Source: Methanothrix sp. (GTDB taxonomy: Archaea > Halobacteriota > Methanosarcinia > Methanotrichales > Methanotrichaceae). Taken from it: a stretch of DNA of 34,190 nucleotides. The translations under genes and the position numbers were made by a program. A model generated the notes under the pieces. That model made no database searches, was not told the origin of the DNA, and was given only the letters and a program-made list of their open reading frames with translations. Positions 28,813 through 34,190 of this stretch are shown in pieces. The stretch is taken from contig JAXGJB010000031.1 in the NCBI GenBank assembly GCA_040770465.1, positions 1 through 34,190 on the forward strand. Direction: 5' to 3'. Numbering within the stretch: position 1 is the stretch's first letter; every line of letters starts with the position of its first letter.

Positions 28813-29889
28813 CTACCCGATCCTCTCGACCTTCAGCCCCCCGTTGTCGACTTTTGTAGATATCGCGATCTTCAGCCCCATCGGCTCCAGGATCTCGGCC
28901 ATCTCCGCCTCGTTCCGACTGGTGACGACGGCGATCGACGGCCCCACGGAGCTCATCCCCACGAACTCGAGCCCCGCCTCCCGGAGGCGGCTCATGTGCT
29001 CGTAGATCTCAAAGCCATGGTGCTCGACCTCGGCCCGCTTCGAGCCCCGGAACTCGATCTCCCAGATGACGTCCCCGATCTTTTTGAGGTCGCCCCGCTC
29101 CAGGGCGGGGATCAGGTCCATGAGGATGAAGTAGGCTTTCAGCTCCCTGTCCTGGTAGTCGAGGGTTCGGGCCCTGTTCATCAGGAGGTCGAACTCCTCC
29201 CTCCCCGACGAGGAGACGGTCGTCTCGGGGATAATGACGAAGACGTTCTTTCCCTCGGCGAAGGGGTGGTGGTAGGCGAGAGAGAGCTCGTCGCCGGTCA
29301 CCGCCATCCCGCCGTAGGTGACGGCGGCGGGGCCGACCCCGGTCTCAAATCCCAGGGTGACCCGGCCGTCCTCGGTCTCCTCGACGTAGTTGTTCCCGAT
29401 CAACAGCCTGATCTCGTCTTTTGTAAGGTTGGAGCCGACGGCCTCGTTCATGGCGGTGGCGAGGGCCACCAGGACCGAGCCGGTGGAGCCGAGGCCGACG
29501 TGCTTTTGCTCGTGATCCCGGACCTTTATCTTGAAGCCGCCGGAGTAGCCGGTCGTCTCCTTGAAGACCTCGACGAAATGGCGGACGATTGGCTCTCTCG
29601 AATAGTCGACGACCAAATCTTTGGGCGTGCACTCAACCTCGGCGAAGCAATAGATCTGGAGGGCGAAGCCGACCCCGCCGCCGCCGGGCCTGTTGGGCGC
29701 AAACCGGTTCATGTCCAGGACGGTGAGGTGGATCCTCCCCGGGGTTGTGACCCTCACCTTTTCCTTGATCGGCTCAAGCTTCCCGTCCTTTTTGATCCCC
29801 AGAGTGTTGATCTTCTCGCCGGGAGAGAAGGGGCTGAACTCGTACTCCACCAGGTCCAGGTCCCCGCCCCGGATCTTCATCGTCGGCAT
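28813..29889 (-). CDS. GHMP-superfamily protein, beta-RFAP synthase (MptG)-like
   Basis: TPGRIHL..LD, GGVGF, HVGLGS.G, GMSSVGP. Confidence 0.8.
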   Translation of the reverse strand: MPTMKIRGGDLDLVEYEFSPFSPGEKINTLGIKKDGKLEPIKEKVRVTTPGRIHLTVLDMNRFAPNRPGGGGVGFALQIYCFAEVECTPKDLVVDYSREPIVRHFVEVFKETTGYSGGFKIKVRDHEQKHVGLGSTGSVLVALATAMNEAVGSNLTKDEIRLLIGNNYVEETEDGRVTLGFETGVGPAAVTYGGMAVTGDELSLAYHHPFAEGKNVFVIIPETTVSSSGREEFDLLMNRARTLDYQDRELKAYFILMDLIPALERGDLKKIGDVIWEIEFRGSKRAEVEHHGFEIYEHMSRLREAGLEFVGMSSVGPSIAVVTSRNEAEMAEILEPMGLKIAISTKVDNGGLKVERIG

Positions 29890-30050
29890 CTTTCACCACC
29901 ATCCGAAATGAAATAGCATGGTCCTCTCTGGCTATATCTCGTTGCCGGAGATCTCGCCTTGCGCCGGGGCGAGAGCGTGGGAGCTTCCACCCCGGCGACC
30001 GCCGATCCGAGAGGCGAGGCTACAGGCGAGGTGACAAGCAAGGCGACAGG

Positions 30051-31481
30051 CTACTTTTCTTTGCCTCCGACCGAGATGATCGAAGAGGGGTCCGGCGGCT
30101 TCGTCGCGAGGCTTGCCGCGATGTACACCGCCGCTCCGACGACGATCCCGACCATAACCGGGTGGATGAGGGGGTTGCCGTAGAAGTTCCAGGCGACGAT
30201 GGAGACGAAGGTGGCAACAAGGCCCGTAACAAAGCCCGTCGATGTCCCCCGGTCCCAGTAGAGGCCGAATAAGAGGGGGATGAAGACGCAGCAGGCGATG
30301 ACGCCCATGCTGAGGGAGACGAGCGGCACGATCAGCTCCGGGACGTTTCTTGCCATCAGGGCGGAGACGGCGATGATCAGGACTCCCACAACCCTGGTCA
30401 GGACCAGGACCCGGTCGTCGGGGATCTCGGGGCGGAGGAACCTGAGGGTGTCGGCGGTGAGGGACGTCGTCGTGACGAGGACGATGGCGCTGATCGTCGA
30501 CATCGCCGCCGAGATCGCCGCGAGGAGGATGATGGCGTCAAACCCGGGCGGGAGAAGCGACGTGGCGACGAAGGGTACGAAGCTGTCGGGGTTTTTGATG
30601 AACGGCGCCAGCTCCTCGGCGGAAAAGACCCCGTACGCCAGAATCCCTATCGAGAAGATGCAGAGGGCGTAGATGGCGATCGCAATCGGGCTGTAGATCC
30701 CGGCGAACTTGACCACCCTTTTGTCCCGCGCCGAGAAGATCATGATCAGAAGGTCGGGGAGCGCCAATAGGCCCAGGCTTATGGAGAAGGCCGTTCCCAC
30801 CGTCTTCTGCCAGGGGACGAGGTCGCCGGACATGCTCGTCACCGCGGCGGGGATGTTCGCCCAGATCTCGGTCCCCCCGCCGTTGTAGAGGAGGGCGGCG
30901 TAGAGGATGATCGCCCCGCCGACCATGATGATTCCCTGGATGAAGCTGATCCAGAGGATGGCGGGAAGGCCCCCCACGGCGTAGTAGATGGCGACGATGA
31001 CGACGGCCACGAGAAGCCCCTGGATGTACGTGATCCCGAGGAGCCCCTCAAAGAGGTGGGCGCAGCCCTTGAAGATGGCGATGAGGTAGACGGTGTACAT
31101 GACCAGCATGATCCCCGCGAGAAGCACCCGCCCGCCCGGAGAGCCGTACCTTCGTTCCAGAAGCTGGGGGATGGTCTTGGCGTCGTAGGACTTGGCCATC
31201 GACCAGATCCGCGGCGCCATGATCCAGGCGAGGCAGGCGAAGGCGACGTGCATCAGGGTCGCCCAGATCACCCAGGGGAAGCCGGCGATGAGGCCGTACC
31301 CGCCGCCGCCGAGAAACGAGGCCGCGCTGAAGTAGGCGGCGGTGAAGGCGATCCCGATGACGGCGGGGTACATCACATTTCGATCGGAGACGACGAAGCC
31401 CGAGAAGGTCCCCTGCCGGAGCTTTATGGAGAGGGCGACGATGACCGCGACGTAGACGACGAGGAGGACCTGGTTAATCAT
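30051..31481 (-). CDS. Sodium:solute symporter (SSS) family transporter
   Basis: About 13 TM segments; YFSAASFLG, TIPQLLERRYGS, SAAMSTIS, PLLFGLYW. Confidence 0.92.
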   Translation of the reverse strand: MINQVLLVVYVAVIVALSIKLRQGTFSGFVVSDRNVMYPAVIGIAFTAAYFSAASFLGGGGYGLIAGFPWVIWATLMHVAFACLAWIMAPRIWSMAKSYDAKTIPQLLERRYGSPGGRVLLAGIMLVMYTVYLIAIFKGCAHLFEGLLGITYIQGLLVAVVIVAIYYAVGGLPAILWISFIQGIIMVGGAIILYAALLYNGGGTEIWANIPAAVTSMSGDLVPWQKTVGTAFSISLGLLALPDLLIMIFSARDKRVVKFAGIYSPIAIAIYALCIFSIGILAYGVFSAEELAPFIKNPDSFVPFVATSLLPPGFDAIILLAAISAAMSTISAIVLVTTTSLTADTLRFLRPEIPDDRVLVLTRVVGVLIIAVSALMARNVPELIVPLVSLSMGVIACCVFIPLLFGLYWDRGTSTGFVTGLVATFVSIVAWNFYGNPLIHPVMVGIVVGAAVYIAASLATKPPDPSSIISVGGKEK

Positions 31482-31572
31482 CGGATCTCCTCAGAATCAC
31501 AAAGAAGGTGATCGCGAGCATGAGTATCATCGAGGCCAGAAGGGCCAGGTACGGCGTCGGCGCGAGGAACAT
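31474..31572 (-). CDS. 32-aa single-TM protein translationally coupled to the SSS transporter
   Basis: MFLAPTPYLALLASMILMLAITFFVILRRSDD; GGAGG upstream; stop overlaps the transporter start. Confidence 0.7.
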   Translation of the reverse strand: MFLAPTPYLALLASMILMLAITFFVILRRSDD

Positions 31573-31742
31573 CAGGTCCGCCTCCGCGTCGGTGAATCGT
31601 GAGCGTTTGAGTGCGTCGGTGCAAGGTCTCTTGGATTCAAATCGATCTCTCCTCCAATCATGTACGATAATATACAATGATGGGCAGTGGAGGGCGATTT
31701 TGGTTGAAAAGGGTTTCGCTGACCGCGCTATTCAGCACGTAT

Positions 31743-32792
31743 CTAAATTAAAATCTTTTTATATCTCCCAGGATAGTCGCAATAGTTATTTTCGAATAAT
31801 AATCCTGTTTTGAAATAACACATCGCGCGACAACCACCATGGCATATTTGACCTTTATCACACCTCCTACAATCCCCTGTTAACATGCTAACATCAAATT
31901 GCCTATTATATGCAAAATTACCTTCTTTGGACCAGATATCTTCTAAGGGCTCTTCTCTCAGATTTCCCTCGATAAAATCGTTGGAATAGAGAGATATGCA
32001 TCCTTTAACATTTCCAACGCTATCTATTCCCACGATCTTGAGCCCAGCTTGGCATCCATTCCATGCAGAAATTGCTCCAGGCAAGCTCCTCAAATATGGC
32101 TCATTTTCATCGTAATAACCAATATTATCAGCTGCATATATAGCGATACGGTGCTCTTTGCGTCTATTTTTGATAAAATCTGTAATTATAGATAATTTAG
32201 ACGGGTTTAATAGAAGTTCATTTAATTTGGCCATATTACCCATAGGGGTAGCAATCTGAAGTTGCCAGACTGAAATTCGATTCTCTACAAGGAGATCGTA
32301 CATTGGTTCCAAATCAGCGACGTTGGAATTCAGAATACATGTAACAACTGCAATTGAAATTTCCGACCTTCGAAGTAATTCAAAAGCTTGGAGAACTCTT
32401 CCAAATGATTTTTTGGAGTTTCGGATCTTGTTATGGTTTTCTTCCATTCCATCAACAGAAATACCCACATTGTTCAATCTAGCATATTCAATTTGATCTA
32501 TTTGTTCGTCTCCTAAGATATAGGCATTGGTTATGATATTAACTACAGCTCCACCCTCGGATAGTTTTCTAGCGATCTTTTCCCATCCTTTATACAGAGT
32601 AATTTCCCCACCAATTAAAGTGACCCGCTTGCAGCCAAGATCGAGAAGCTGATCCGCTATATTTAAGCACTCATCGACAGATAGTTCATTTTTTCTGGCG
32701 TTGCCAGCTATAGAGCCACAATGAGTACACTGAAGATTACATTTTAATGTAAGCTCCCATACACATTTTTCGGGTGTATATGCGTCATTCAC
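31743..32792 (-). CDS. Radical SAM/SPASM peptide maturase, PlpX (splicease)-like
   Basis: VWELTLKCNLQCTHCGS, IGGE, WQLQIA.PMGN, ADNIGYY and a full SPASM motif (CQAG...GNVKGC...CRRCx5Cx3C...C). AT-rich. Confidence 0.85.
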   Translation of the reverse strand: MNDAYTPEKCVWELTLKCNLQCTHCGSIAGNARKNELSVDECLNIADQLLDLGCKRVTLIGGEITLYKGWEKIARKLSEGGAVVNIITNAYILGDEQIDQIEYARLNNVGISVDGMEENHNKIRNSKKSFGRVLQAFELLRRSEISIAVVTCILNSNVADLEPMYDLLVENRISVWQLQIATPMGNMAKLNELLLNPSKLSIITDFIKNRRKEHRIAIYAADNIGYYDENEPYLRSLPGAISAWNGCQAGLKIVGIDSVGNVKGCISLYSNDFIEGNLREEPLEDIWSKEGNFAYNRQFDVSMLTGDCRRCDKGQICHGGCRAMCYFKTGLLFENNYCDYPGRYKKILI

Positions 32793-32865
32793 TGTTAATG
32801 TCCCCTTATCAACGCCACCTTTAAACCTTTAAATAGCGTAGGACCAAACTACGAGATTTAGTGGA

Positions 32866-33222
32866 TTATTTCAAATTTGGCTTATCTGAATGTGGGGTTG
32901 GCTTGTCTGGATGTGGGGTTGGCTCGTATGGAGCAGGTGTGTCTGGAACTGCATACATCGAATATCCAGGATTGGGTTGAACTATAATGTAATCAGGTGG
33001 TGTTATTTCAAAGTCTACCTCTATTTTCTTTTTTTGTTCTTCCGTAAAGTACATTTTCTTTGATTGAGGATCGCGTTCGAGTTCTGACTTGGAAGTTAGT
33101 GTCTCCGCTTTGCTAAAAGGCATCTCTAATCTTTCGCAATCTACTCCTATAGAATCCTTAACAATTTTTTTCTGGGCATCTGTCAGATTTAGGCCAAACG
33201 CTTTTTTTTTGTTGTTTATCAT
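32866..33222 (-). CDS. Putative RiPP precursor/substrate protein
   Basis: 118 aa, 73 bp upstream of the rSAM on the same strand. Duplicated LTDAQKKIV / FTEEQKKKI motif; Tyr/Pro-rich tail PGYSMYAVPD...PTPHPDKPTPHSDK. TATA-like box about 25 bp upstream. Confidence 0.6.
   Translation of the reverse strand: MINNKKKAFGLNLTDAQKKIVKDSIGVDCERLEMPFSKAETLTSKSELERDPQSKKMYFTEEQKKKIEVDFEITPPDYIIVQPNPGYSMYAVPDTPAPYEPTPHPDKPTPHSDKPNLK
32877..32918 (-). repeat. 21-bp tandem repeat (PTPHxDK x2) in the precursor tail
   Basis: TTGGCTTATCTGAATGTGGGG / TTGGCTTGTCTGGATGTGGGG, plus a partial third unit. Confidence 0.85.
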
Positions 33223-33373
33223 GATCTCTTATTCCGTTTAAAACTATTTAACTCTTATGGCCCATAATTCAAAGTGTATAATCCAGAAACCATTGACAAT
33301 ATATGCTCAACAATCCTTCAAAATAGATATGTATATATATCATAGGTTCAACCTAGGTTTCAAGGTGACTTCG

Positions 33374-33700
33374 ATGAGTGAAGATATCCCGAAAATAACC
33401 CAAGTAAGTCAAAAAATCTCTGCCCTTAAAGTTGTTGATTATGGAATAGGTGAAGAGGGCAATTTGTTGATAGATTTGAGGACAGAGGCTAGATCCAAAT
33501 CTACGGAGATCACAGCAGATCTCGATAAAATTTTTTCAGCCACGATCAAGGAAGAGAAAGGTAAAATACAGCTGGAGAGCTTAAATGCGTCTATACCAAT
33601 CACGAACAACGGACAGAACATCGGCAAAGTCGAAATTGAGTCCAAACCTGGTGATACGCGCATAAAGGTGAGCTTAAATGCGAATGCGCTGAAAGGGTGA
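33374..33700 (+). CDS. Hypothetical 108-aa protein divergent from the precursor gene
   Basis: ATG 33374 with GGTGA SD and TATATATAT box at about 33332-33340; AT-rich like the rSAM pair. Confidence 0.7.
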   Translation: MSEDIPKITQVSQKISALKVVDYGIGEEGNLLIDLRTEARSKSTEITADLDKIFSATIKEEKGKIQLESLNASIPITNNGQNIGKVEIESKPGDTRIKVSLNANALKG

Positions 33701-33841
33701 GTTCTCCGCAATCTTTCAGCTATATTTTTAACGAATACGCCACAGCTCTGCAGCGGGCGCGTCGCTGCCAGTTTGACTTGCGATCATATCTTACTGAGTA
33801 AGATGGCTCCAAATACCGGCTTTTCAACTGTCTGTCCCGCC

Positions 33842-34190
<349 letters not shown>

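Noticed and set aside
33202-33210. A9 tract at the 5' end of the precursor gene as a phase-variation switch
   Set aside because: Lys-codon runs are expected in AT-rich genes; no other support.

Overview
GC-rich methanogen chromosome segment. Gene content and protein styles point to a Methanothrix/Methanocrinis-like acetoclastic archaeon (inference). The backbone carries tRNA-Val(GAC)/tRNA-Phe(GAA), carA-carB, glyS, adk, pyrH, hisI, nreA, hsp20, the archaeal SRP (7S) RNA, a wHTH-nitroreductase-msrB-methanogenesis marker 8 cluster, a GHMP/RFAP-synthase-like gene, an SSS transporter with a 32-aa partner and a partial ribC. Three accessory inserts interrupt it. (1) A membrane-anchored NB-ARC/TPR (NLR-like) gene has near-identical 120-bp repeats. 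(2) An AT-rich island (~19.5-25.4 kb) encodes a GH15 glucoamylase, an unusual 7-blade WD40::GH13 alpha-amylase fusion and a membrane-anchored TPR protein. (3) A second AT-rich island (~31.7-33.8 kb) encodes a PlpX/splicease-like radical SAM-SPASM enzyme directly downstream of a small protein with a duplicated leader-like motif and a Tyr/Pro-rich tail, a candidate archaeal RiPP system. Other oddities: two genes have ACG where the start codon should be, and a Met-rich 13-codon uORF lies ahead of the msrB cluster. All family calls come from motif recognition by eye; no database searches were run.
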